Below, one piece after another: positions 9,252 to 17,069 of a stretch of DNA of 64,000 nt. Positions within the stretch are counted from its first letter, which is position 1, and every line of letters starts with the position of its first letter. Below the pieces are notes generated by a model, which saw only the letters and a program-made list of their open reading frames with translations, had not been told where the DNA came from and did no database searches. The DNA comes from Deltaproteobacteria bacterium (GTDB lineage Archaea; Thermoplasmatota; Poseidoniia; Poseidoniales; Poseidoniaceae). Both the position numbers and the translations under genes were made by a program. The DNA is taken from NCBI GenBank assembly GCA_028344335.1, contig JAOMAZ010000001.1, positions 11,468 to 75,467 of the forward strand, given 5' to 3'.

Positions 9252-11264
9252 ATGGTCAAGCAGGCGTTGATGCGATTAGCGGATGGAATCCCATCACAAT
9301 TGCCTGAATATCCTGCTATTGATGCTGTTATTGATCAAGCGCCAGCAAGAAAACAAATACTCTCAGCAAGAGATAAAGAATTGGCAATTCGGAATGCTTT
9401 GAGATATATCCCTGAAAAATGGCATGCAACTTTGGCTGCGGAATTCAAGCAAGAATTAGAGATATTTGGGCGCATCTTCATGATGCGTTTTAGGCCAACA
9501 GAATATGAGATGAAAGCATATCCAATCACAAATTATCCTGCAAAATGCAAACAAGCAGCGAGTATTATGCTGATGATTCAAAACAACCTTGACCCCGCAG
9601 TAGCACAATTCCCCCATCAATTAATCACTTATGGAGGCAATGGGGCGGTATTTCAAAACTGGATTCAATACCATTTGGTGATGCAATATCTAAGCCAGAT
9701 GACAGAGAATCAAAGCCTTGTCATGTATTCTGGCCACCCACTGGGACTCTTCCCTTCGCATCCCGATTCTCCACGGGTTGTCATCACCAATGGCATGGTC
9801 ATCCCAAATTATAGTTCTCAAGATAATTATGAGCGCCTAAATGCACTTGGGGTTTCCCAATATGGACAAATGACTGCGGGTTCATACATGTATATCGGAC
9901 CACAAGGAATCGTCCATGGGACAACTATCACACTGCTCAATGCAGCCCGCATGAAACTCGGCATAGCAAGTGATGCAAGCCTTGCAGGGATCTGCTACGT
10001 AACATCGGGACTAGGGGGGATGTCAGGTGCTCAAGCCAAGGCAGCGGTAATCGCTGGTTGTGTTGGTGTCATCTCAGAAGTTAACCCAATCGCAGCAAGA
10101 AAGCGCCATGAACAGGGTTGGTTAAGTGAACTCTACGAAGATGTCGACCAAGTCATCGATCGAATGTTAGAAGCAAAAGCTAACGGTGAGGCGATATCAA
10201 TCGGCCATGTTGGGAATATTGTTGACCTCTGGGAAAGACTTGTTGAGCGAGATATCCAAATCGAATTAGGCAGTGACCAAACAAGCCTACACAATCCATG
10301 GCAAGGTGGATACTTTCCCGTAGGAGTTGATTTTGAAGAAGCAAAACTGATGATGTCCCAAAACCCTTCGAGGTTCAAAAAAGAAATCCAATCCACCTTG
10401 CTAAGGCATGCAAAAGCAGTCAATACAATGGTGGAAAGAGGCACATATTTCTGGGATTATGGTAATGCCTTCTTACTTGAGGCAAGTCGAGCAGGCGCAG
10501 ATATTTGCGATGCAAACGGTGATTTTATTCATCCATCTTATGTTGAGGACATCATGGGTCCACGCTGTTTTGACCTTGGATTCGGACCCTTTCGATGGGT
10601 CTGTTGCTCGGGAAGCAAAGAAGACCTTGAGGTGACCGATAATATTGCCAAGCAGGTGCTCGAAGAAATGGCAACGACTGCTCCTTTAGAGATTCAACAG
10701 CAATTGAAGGATAATATCCAATGGATCGGCGCTGCGGGGATGAACAGGATGGTTGTTGGTAGTCAAGCAAGGATTCTCTATGCTGATGAGGAGGGCCGAA
10801 AGCGAATTGCCTCTGCATTTAATGAAGCAATAAAAGATGGAGTTATTAGTGCTGGAATCGTTTTAGGTAGAGATCATCACGATGTATCTGGGACAGATAG
10901 TCCATATCGTGAAACTGCCAATATCAAGGATGGTTCCAATCTTTGCGCTGATATGGCCATCCACAACGTCATCGGGGATTCATTTAGAGGTGCAACTTGG
11001 GTGAGTATCCACAATGGTGGAGGTGTTGGTTGGGGAGAAGTGATTAACGGTGGCTTTGGAATGTATCTCGATGGAAGTCAAGATTCTGAAAGGCGTTTGA
11101 ACTCAATGTTATCATGGGATGTCAACAACGGAATTGCTCGGCGTGCATGGGCAAGAAACCCAGAGGGAATATTTGCAATCAAGCGTGCCATGCAGAAGGA
11201 GCCTTTGCTCAAAGTTACCTTGCCAAATCTAGTAGATAACGAGATTATCGAAAATTTATTCTAA
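9252..11264 (+). CDS. hutU: Urocanate hydratase of the long, eukaryote-like UROC1 type.
   Basis: 670 aa. ALRNALRYIPEKW...AYPITNYPAKCKQAASIMLMIQNNLDPAVAQFPHQLITYGGNG...LVMYSGHPLGLFPS...VITNGMVIPNYSS aligns along its length with human UROC1. Confidence 0.9.
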   Translation: MVKQALMRLADGIPSQLPEYPAIDAVIDQAPARKQILSARDKELAIRNALRYIPEKWHATLAAEFKQELEIFGRIFMMRFRPTEYEMKAYPITNYPAKCKQAASIMLMIQNNLDPAVAQFPHQLITYGGNGAVFQNWIQYHLVMQYLSQMTENQSLVMYSGHPLGLFPSHPDSPRVVITNGMVIPNYSSQDNYERLNALGVSQYGQMTAGSYMYIGPQGIVHGTTITLLNAARMKLGIASDASLAGICYVTSGLGGMSGAQAKAAVIAGCVGVISEVNPIAARKRHEQGWLSELYEDVDQVIDRMLEAKANGEAISIGHVGNIVDLWERLVERDIQIELGSDQTSLHNPWQGGYFPVGVDFEEAKLMMSQNPSRFKKEIQSTLLRHAKAVNTMVERGTYFWDYGNAFLLEASRAGADICDANGDFIHPSYVEDIMGPRCFDLGFGPFRWVCCSGSKEDLEVTDNIAKQVLEEMATTAPLEIQQQLKDNIQWIGAAGMNRMVVGSQARILYADEEGRKRIASAFNEAIKDGVISAGIVLGRDHHDVSGTDSPYRETANIKDGSNLCADMAIHNVIGDSFRGATWVSIHNGGGVGWGEVINGGFGMYLDGSQDSERRLNSMLSWDVNNGIARRAWARNPEGIFAIKRAMQKEPLLKVTLPNLVDNEIIENLF

Positions 11265-11276
11265 GGAGGAAGATGT

Positions 11277-12809
11277 ATGGAAATAGAACTTGACGGAAGA
11301 AACCTAAGCATGGAAGAACTACTCCTTGTAGCAACCGGTGTTGCTGATGCAATTATTTCTGAAACAGCCAAAACAGGGATTGAAGCAGCAACAAAAACAG
11401 TTGAAGGCATCATTGAGAGAGGAGAAGTAGCCTATGGAATCAACACAGGGTTCGGGGCTCTTTGCAATACGAGTATCGACTCCTCTAAACTGGGGGACTT
11501 ACAAGCAAACCTGATTCGAAGCCATGCCTGTGGGATAGGAGAAGCCATGGAAGTAGTGCCGGTAAGGGCAATGATGTGTGCCCGTGCGAACTCATTATGC
11601 CGAGGTAATAGCGGTATTAGAATCGAAGTTATCCAAAGAATTCTCGACATGCTAAATCTTGGCCTAACACCTGTTGTTCCTAGAATTGGTTCCCTTGGAG
11701 CCTCTGGGGACCTTGCGCCTCTTTCCCATGTTGCTTTGACTATCATGGGAGAAGGCAGCGTAATTGACCAATACGGAGAATTCTATGATACTGCTCAGGC
11801 ATTGGCTAATAACGATTTGAAGCCAATTCAACTCCAAGCAAAGGAAGGACTTTCTCTAATTAATGGGACTAGTCAAATCCTTTCTTGGCTAACTATTTCT
11901 CACGCCATCCTAAGCGATCTTTTGCCGTTGGCAGACCTAATTCTCTCAACCTCAATCGAGGCATTAAGCGGCTCTATTGCACCAAGTGATGAACGCATAC
12001 ATACAGCAAGGCCTCACCCTGGTCAAGCGCTTGTTGCTAATCGAATTCTAAGAGCCCTAAACAATTCTGAAATCAATCAAGCCCATGCAGATTGTGATAA
12101 AGTTCAGGATCCATACTCCTTTCGATGCGCTCCACAAGTACATGGACCTGCAAATGAAGTCCTTCAAAGGCTAGGTGATGTGATAACAATAGAATTGAAT
12201 TCTGCAACAGATAACCCACTGATTTTTCCAGAACCAAATAACCCTGGTCCACACGAAGTCGTTAGTGGTGGAAACTTCCATGGAGAGATACTCGCCCTAA
12301 CCGCAGATGCAATGAATGCCGCTGTTCATGAAATTGCCAGCATTAGTGAGAGGAGAATGGACACCCTCTTGGATACAAAACGTAGTGGACTTCCTGCCTT
12401 CTTAGCCAATGAAAGCGGCCTTGAATCTGGAATGATGATTGTGCAATATGCAGCCGTAGCTGCAATCGCTGACCTTCGCGCCCACTTAGGACCTCATACC
12501 ACCTTTAGCCTCTCAACCTCAGCCAATCAAGAAGACCATGTTAGTATGGGTGCCACTGCTGCTTGGCATCTCTTCCAAAGCGCCCAAAGGCTAGCAGATA
12601 TCCTGTCCTGTGAAGCAATAATCGCTTGTGAAGGGTTGGAGCACCATCAAGAAAAGGCAGGAGATGGCGTGGATGCGCTCTACAAGCACGTTAGAACATT
12701 GGTAGAGCCATTACAGGGAGACCGCTCATTAGCAGGTGAAATGGCCGATTTAGCTAATGATTTCCTCAATGGAATTGGGGATGAAAATATTCACCCTTAC
12801 CTTGAGTGA
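11277..12809 (+). CDS. hutH: Histidine ammonia-lyase (MIO cofactor).
   Basis: GSLGASGDLAPLSHVAL contains the Ala-Ser-Gly MIO-forming triad. Protein is 510 aa. Confidence 0.9.
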   Translation: MEIELDGRNLSMEELLLVATGVADAIISETAKTGIEAATKTVEGIIERGEVAYGINTGFGALCNTSIDSSKLGDLQANLIRSHACGIGEAMEVVPVRAMMCARANSLCRGNSGIRIEVIQRILDMLNLGLTPVVPRIGSLGASGDLAPLSHVALTIMGEGSVIDQYGEFYDTAQALANNDLKPIQLQAKEGLSLINGTSQILSWLTISHAILSDLLPLADLILSTSIEALSGSIAPSDERIHTARPHPGQALVANRILRALNNSEINQAHADCDKVQDPYSFRCAPQVHGPANEVLQRLGDVITIELNSATDNPLIFPEPNNPGPHEVVSGGNFHGEILALTADAMNAAVHEIASISERRMDTLLDTKRSGLPAFLANESGLESGMMIVQYAAVAAIADLRAHLGPHTTFSLSTSANQEDHVSMGATAAWHLFQSAQRLADILSCEAIIACEGLEHHQEKAGDGVDALYKHVRTLVEPLQGDRSLAGEMADLANDFLNGIGDENIHPYLE

Positions 12810-13781
12810 TTAATCATCCAACAAGATATCAAGAGAATTCCAAACTTCGCGTATTCCGGTCAACTGTCTAATCCTGAAGCGGAATGCTGTGGCGTTTGAG
12901 ATATCTCCTCGAGACATCAATAAGTCCACGCGGCGGTCTAATTCAACCGCTAATCGCACCTTTTCTTCCACAACACGATATAGTGCATAGGCATGTTCCA
13001 TATCCTGATATTTTAGAGCAGGTTCCAACTCACTAACGTCGAAGCCCATTCGCCTCCAAGCCAATATCCGTCTGCGCAAAATTGCAGTAGTAAAACCAGC
13101 AGATGGTAGGCGAGTTAGGTGACTCAGTTTTGCCGAGCCGTCTTCATGTACCTCCACTTCTGAAGTTGTTTCAACTACCTCTTCCGATGCTTCAACTTCT
13201 TCTTCATGAATAATGACCTCGTCAATTGCAGCCTCAGGTAGTTCCCAAACAGGCGCCTCACGTCTTAAACGAGCGATTTCTGTTGTCATAAACGCCTTTG
13301 GTTCAACTGGACAAACAAGCCTCCATGTAGTTGCAGAAATATCATCTGACATTGAACGTAAAAAAGTCAAAACCGCTGCAAATCCATGCAGGCTCATCAA
13401 ATGTTCGACCCCGTCTAAAACGATTATACCAGACTTCTCAGATATCCTCTCTCTAATTTTCATCGCCAAACGCTCAAGACTTGGACTAACGGCACTCGGA
13501 GAATCTCGTTCAGTCAACCAACCTACTTCAACAGTATTGATATCAATCTTGCCAATCAAGCGACGAGGCGGTAATCTAGTTAGCAATAATGAATGATAAC
13601 CCGATGAATTCACCAAGTCTAGCCATTCAAACATGGCCTCCATTCCCTCTTCCAAAAGGTGGGTTGAGCCACCCTCTGGCAGAAGCCCCATACCGCTGCG
13701 ATGCTCCGCCATCATACCTCGCCCCTTGTTGACGGCTCTTGACCATGACGCCCATAAGAATAGAATGGTCAGTATTCCCAC
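12810..13781 (-). CDS. DUF835-like protein (degenerate RecA/KaiC-like fold without a P-loop) with an acidic linker and a C-terminal helical domain.
   Basis: SGIIVLDGVEHLMSLHGFAAVLTFLRSMSDDISATTWRLVCPVEPKAFMTTEIARLRREA resembles the DUF835 core. It is followed by the acidic stretch EEEVEASEEVVETTSEVEVHEDG. The start is uncertain because internal Mets are available. Confidence 0.5.
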   Translation of the reverse strand: MGILTILFLWASWSRAVNKGRGMMAEHRSGMGLLPEGGSTHLLEEGMEAMFEWLDLVNSSGYHSLLLTRLPPRRLIGKIDINTVEVGWLTERDSPSAVSPSLERLAMKIRERISEKSGIIVLDGVEHLMSLHGFAAVLTFLRSMSDDISATTWRLVCPVEPKAFMTTEIARLRREAPVWELPEAAIDEVIIHEEEVEASEEVVETTSEVEVHEDGSAKLSHLTRLPSAGFTTAILRRRILAWRRMGFDVSELEPALKYQDMEHAYALYRVVEEKVRLAVELDRRVDLLMSRGDISNATAFRFRIRQLTGIREVWNSLDILLDD

Positions 13782-13845
13782 TGCTGGTGCACTTTCATCC
13801 GCATATCATTATAACGTGCATTGAAGTGCCGAGAATGGGTTCTCT

Positions 13846-15675
13846 ATGTCTGGAAATGATGATGCGAACGATGGAATGGCAGAATGCGGCGCATGTAGGG
13901 CCGTAGTACCGGTTGACTCAGAGGAATGTCCAGGTTGCGGAATATCCTTTACTGGAGTCAGTGAAACAAGTCTTGGAGAATGTGGGGCTTGTGGCGCATT
14001 AGTCGCTTTGGAAAGCAAAGCATGCCCTCAATGCGGCGTTGTTTTCGTAGCAGATGATGTCATTTCCATCCTTGGAGACTGGCTTTCAGCCACCGGATTA
14101 ACAGTGGCAGACCTATTCAAGCGATTCGATGAAAACGAAGATGGCGTTATCGAAGCACACGAATTCAAGAGCGGCCTGTTGGCACTCAATATTGCTGATC
14201 TCCCAGAATCTCAAGTTGACCGCCTAGTCAAAGCACTCGATGATGACGGAAATGGCGTTATCGACCTAGAAGAACTTGAATCTACATTCTCATCACCTGA
14301 CAATGCTCCCGCTAAGGATGTTGGACCAGAAGAAGAAGAAACTACTGAGGAAGACTCAAACGAAGAGGAGGAAGACTCAAACGAAGAGAGTGAAGAGTCG
14401 GTTGAGGAAGAAGATTCCGCAGAAGAGGACGAAGAGGAAAGTTCCGATGACAAAGCTGAAGAAACTGCCGAGGAAGACTCAAGTGAAGAAGAAGAGGAAA
14501 GTTCTGATGGCGAAGAGGAAACTACAGAGGAAGACTCAAGCGAAGGGGATGAAGATGATTCAACTGAGGATGAAGATGATTCAACTGAGGATGAAGAAGA
14601 AATCCCCGACACACCTTTAGCACGTATGGTTAAGAATTTCAAAGATGCAGGATATAGCGTCAAAGAAGCCTTCGAGCATATGGATGTAAACAATGATGGT
14701 GAAATCGACGGCGAAGAGATGACAAAAGCCCTAGCAGAATTCGGCGGTGGTACCATCGATGAAGAGGATGTTAGTGCAGTAATGGAAGAATTAGACCTAG
14801 ATGAGAATGGAGTTATTACCCTTGACGAGCTAATGGTAGCATTTGGAGTTCCAGCCGAAGAAGAGCCTGAGGAGGATGAAAAGCCTAAGGAAGAATCCAA
14901 GCCAGAGAAGGAGTTTCCCACCGACCTTCAAAAGAAATTGATGTCAAAGAAAGCCAACGATATCTTTTGGCCAATAATGCACACTTTATTCGCTGTATTC
15001 GCATTACTCTGGGTACTAAATGGAATGGGTACATTCGTAGATGGCGAAGGTGGCAGCATAGAATTTGAAGGAAAAACCGTTGCTTGCGACACTGATTTTC
15101 ATGGAAAGTGTAAAAATTCACTAACACCATTTTCAGGAGATGGTTTGACATCTTCAATGCCTGCCGCATTCTATGCTGATGGAATCATCTTCATGATTCT
15201 TGGTTTCTCGGGTCTAGGTGCAAGTCTCTATGCACACTTGATTTTGATGAAAGCCTGGAGAGCCAAAGTAAAAGGCGACGAGGGTGACGATGAAGTAGCT
15301 AAAGAAGAGGATTCAGATTCAAAAGAAGATTCAGATTCAAAGGAAGATGAAGATTCTGATGATGAGTCCGATGACGATGATGAGTCCGATGACGATGATG
15401 AGTCTGATGACGATGATGAGTCCGATGACGACGATGAATCCGATGACGACGATGACGACGATGAATCCGATGACGACGATGAATCCGATGACGATGATGA
15501 GTCCGATGACGATGATGACATCGATGTAGGTTCGAGAGTCGGAGTTGAAGTTGACGGTGAAGAGATCTTTGGAACCATCATTTCATTCGATGATGATGAA
15601 GATACAGTCACCATAGAAGACGAGGAAACTGGCGATGAAATCGAGGCTCCTCAAGACACCATGTTCTTGGAGTGA
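13846..15675 (+). CDS. Membrane-anchored poly-acidic Ca2+-binding-like protein: double Zn-ribbon, 4 EF-hand loops, 2 TM helices and a poly-Asp/Glu/Ser tail.
   Basis: Two Cys4 ribbons: CGACRAVVPVDSEECPGCG and CGACGALVALESKACPQCG. Four EF loops: DENEDGVIEAHEF, DDDGNGVIDLEEL, DVNNDGEIDGEEM, DLDENGVITLDEL. TM segments: IFWPIMHTLFAVFALLWVLNGMG and IIFMILGFSGLGASLYAHLILM. Acidic runs at about 14330-14620 and 15270-15530, including (ESDDD)n. Confidence 0.75.
   Translation: MSGNDDANDGMAECGACRAVVPVDSEECPGCGISFTGVSETSLGECGACGALVALESKACPQCGVVFVADDVISILGDWLSATGLTVADLFKRFDENEDGVIEAHEFKSGLLALNIADLPESQVDRLVKALDDDGNGVIDLEELESTFSSPDNAPAKDVGPEEEETTEEDSNEEEEDSNEESEESVEEEDSAEEDEEESSDDKAEETAEEDSSEEEEESSDGEEETTEEDSSEGDEDDSTEDEDDSTEDEEEIPDTPLARMVKNFKDAGYSVKEAFEHMDVNNDGEIDGEEMTKALAEFGGGTIDEEDVSAVMEELDLDENGVITLDELMVAFGVPAEEEPEEDEKPKEESKPEKEFPTDLQKKLMSKKANDIFWPIMHTLFAVFALLWVLNGMGTFVDGEGGSIEFEGKTVACDTDFHGKCKNSLTPFSGDGLTSSMPAAFYADGIIFMILGFSGLGASLYAHLILMKAWRAKVKGDEGDDEVAKEEDSDSKEDSDSKEDEDSDDESDDDDESDDDDESDDDDESDDDDESDDDDDDDESDDDDESDDDDESDDDDDIDVGSRVGVEVDGEEIFGTIISFDDDEDTVTIEDEETGDEIEAPQDTMFLE
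15355..15520 (+). repeat. In-frame 15-bp tandem repeat (gat gac gat gat gag tcc, about 11 copies) encoding (DDDES)n. It is preceded by two 18-bp repeats encoding DSDSKE.
   Basis: Direct reading shows gatgagtccgatgacgatgat iterated with minor third-position variants. Alternate-frame track ORFs 15347..15529 (MSPMT repeats) and 15228..15614 (Ser-rich) are artefacts of this periodicity. Confidence 0.85.
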
Positions 15676-15679
15676 GGTC

Positions 15680-16045
15680 ATGGACCTGCTATCCGTCTTC
15701 GACGGACTAAGTGCCTGTCCATTATGTGGAACTTTACAAAAATCAGGAATGTCTCGATGCCCTGAATGTGGTACTTTCAATACATCAACTCAATTTGAAG
15801 AGCGACCTATTCCACACGTAGAAGATCGGATTAAAACGACTCCAGCAGACCCTACTCAATACAGCCTAAACCCAAATATTGAAATCCCAATTGATGACAA
15901 TGTAGAGGTTGAAGATATGACAACCTCATGGGGTGGCGGAAATACAAATTTTGGCCTCGGCGATGATGAAATCGATACAACGAGGGATGTTGACCTGAAA
16001 TCTCTGAATATCCCCTCTGCTGAAACTCTATTTGAAGAAGAATAA
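15680..16045 (+). CDS. Small Zn-ribbon protein with an acidic C-terminal region.
   Basis: MDLLSVFDGLSACPLCGTLQKSGMSRCPECGTF gives a CxxC...CxxC ribbon. The C-terminus is Asp/Glu-rich and ends ETLFEEE. The start is 5 nt after the preceding stop, and the ORF is trimmed from track ORF 15635. Confidence 0.55.
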   Translation: MDLLSVFDGLSACPLCGTLQKSGMSRCPECGTFNTSTQFEERPIPHVEDRIKTTPADPTQYSLNPNIEIPIDDNVEVEDMTTSWGGGNTNFGLGDDEIDTTRDVDLKSLNIPSAETLFEEE

Positions 16046-16152
16046 AAAACTATTAGTGAGATGGCATTTTAATAAACTATTATTAGTAATTCAATGATGC
16101 TGGAATATCGGAGTATTCATATCTAAAAGTCCAATCGAGGAGATTGATTCGC

Positions 16153-16305
16153 ATGGCTGAGTATCAAGGATTCTGTCTGAAATGCAAGACATATGGACCA
16201 ATTAATAATCACGAGCACTTCACTATGAGCAATGGCAGAAAGCGCGTAGCTGGCTCATGTAGTGGAAAGGGATGCACTGGTAGAATCTCTAAAATTATCG
16301 CTTAA
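16153..16305 (+). CDS. 50-aa Cys4 zinc-ribbon mini-protein. It falls below the 60-aa cutoff of the ORF track.
   Basis: Reads MAEYQGFCLKCKTYGPINNHEHFTMSNGRKRVAGSCSGKGCTGRISKIIA, with GGAG 8 nt upstream of the ATG. The intact CxxC...CxxxxC spacing suggests a real gene. Confidence 0.4.
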   Translation: MAEYQGFCLKCKTYGPINNHEHFTMSNGRKRVAGSCSGKGCTGRISKIIA

Positions 16306-16371
16306 TTCTCATCTCTGCTAAATGGCTTAACCAATTCAAATAAATATACGCGCTCTATCGATTAACTCAGC

Positions 16372-16447
16372 GGGCTCGTGGTCTAGGGGTCATGACGTTG
16401 CCTTGACATGGCAAAGATCGCCAGTTCAATTCTGGCCGAGCCCACCA
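16372..16447 (+). tRNA. tRNA-Val (anticodon GAC), with CCA encoded.
   Basis: Manual fold gives acceptor GGGCTCG/CGAGCCC, D arm GTCT..TGAC, anticodon stem TTGCC/GGCAA with loop TTGACAT (anticodon GAC), T arm GCCAG-TTCAATT-CTGGC, discriminator A, then CCA. Confidence 0.85.
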
Positions 16448-16636
16448 ATAATATCGAACAACACGATTTCTAAGTGTCGAAAATCTTGGTTGGCAACAAA
16501 CACCAATTTCCTCCCCCTAGGGGGGGATGAAGGCCTATATTTTACTCTCATCAATAATTATATCTTGTTAAACGCATGACTGCAAGGCTATTGGTGGAAA
16601 ATTATGAAGTCCTCAAACTTCCAAAATAAAAATAAA

Positions 16637-16679
16637 GGCGTATAATACATATTATACGCCCCCCCTGCTATCGTTTTTT
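16637..16679. terminator. Bidirectional hairpin terminator: 11-bp perfect stem GGCGTATAATA/TATTATACGCC flanked by T-tracts on both strands.
   Basis: The plus strand reads hairpin, then CCCCCC, then tgctatcgTTTTTTc. On the minus strand the hairpin is followed by TTTATTTTTATTTTGG. It lies 28 nt beyond the stop of the minus-strand ORF 16689..16988. Confidence 0.6.
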
Positions 16680-16688
16680 CTTCAATAA

Positions 16689-16988
16689 TCAGAAATCTTC
16701 GCTATCAACAACAAAAATCCCGACCAAAGGAGGTCCATTCAGCACAACTTCCAGTCCGCCATCCTTTTCATCTAATTCTGAAACAGACCTCATCGCCACT
16801 CCTATCGCCTGCTCCTTCTCGTAAAGAGCTTGTAACAAAAATGTCCCTGCAGTATTAGCCGACTCGCCAACCCATGATCGAAGACAACCTGGTGATTCTT
16901 TTCGAAGTAAAGAGCGGACTTTCAACATTCTACGTAACCGAGCAGCATATCCATCCTTGCTAACCAATACTACAGTTTCCAACCACAT
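16689..16988 (-). CDS. Hypothetical 99-aa protein downstream of hutI.
   Basis: Clean ORF, co-oriented with and 81 nt downstream of hutI, followed by a hairpin and T-tract. No family recognised from sequence. Confidence 0.4.
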   Translation of the reverse strand: MWLETVVLVSKDGYAARLRRMLKVRSLLRKESPGCLRSWVGESANTAGTFLLQALYEKEQAIGVAMRSVSELDEKDGGLEVVLNGPPLVGIFVVDSEDF

Positions 16989-17069
16989 ATCATCACGTTT
17001 GATTTAACCTTAAACTTCGAATTAATTTCTTTTCTACTAAACACATTATATTATTACTTTAATCTTAAT

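Noticed and set aside
14211-15169. Ser-rich minus-strand ORF 14211..14921, the Lys-rich plus-strand ORF 14276..14620 and ORF 14885..15169.
   Set aside because: These are alternate-frame or antisense readings of the GAA/GAT-rich acidic repeats of the EF-hand protein gene. The monotonous composition and absence of independent start signals argue against them.
15228-15614. ORFs 15228..15614 (-) and 15347..15529 (+, MSPMT repeats); also considered whether the array is a CRISPR.
   Set aside because: They are frame artefacts of the in-frame 15-bp (DDDES)n tandem repeat. The array is not a CRISPR: repeats are directly adjacent with no spacers and no cas genes.
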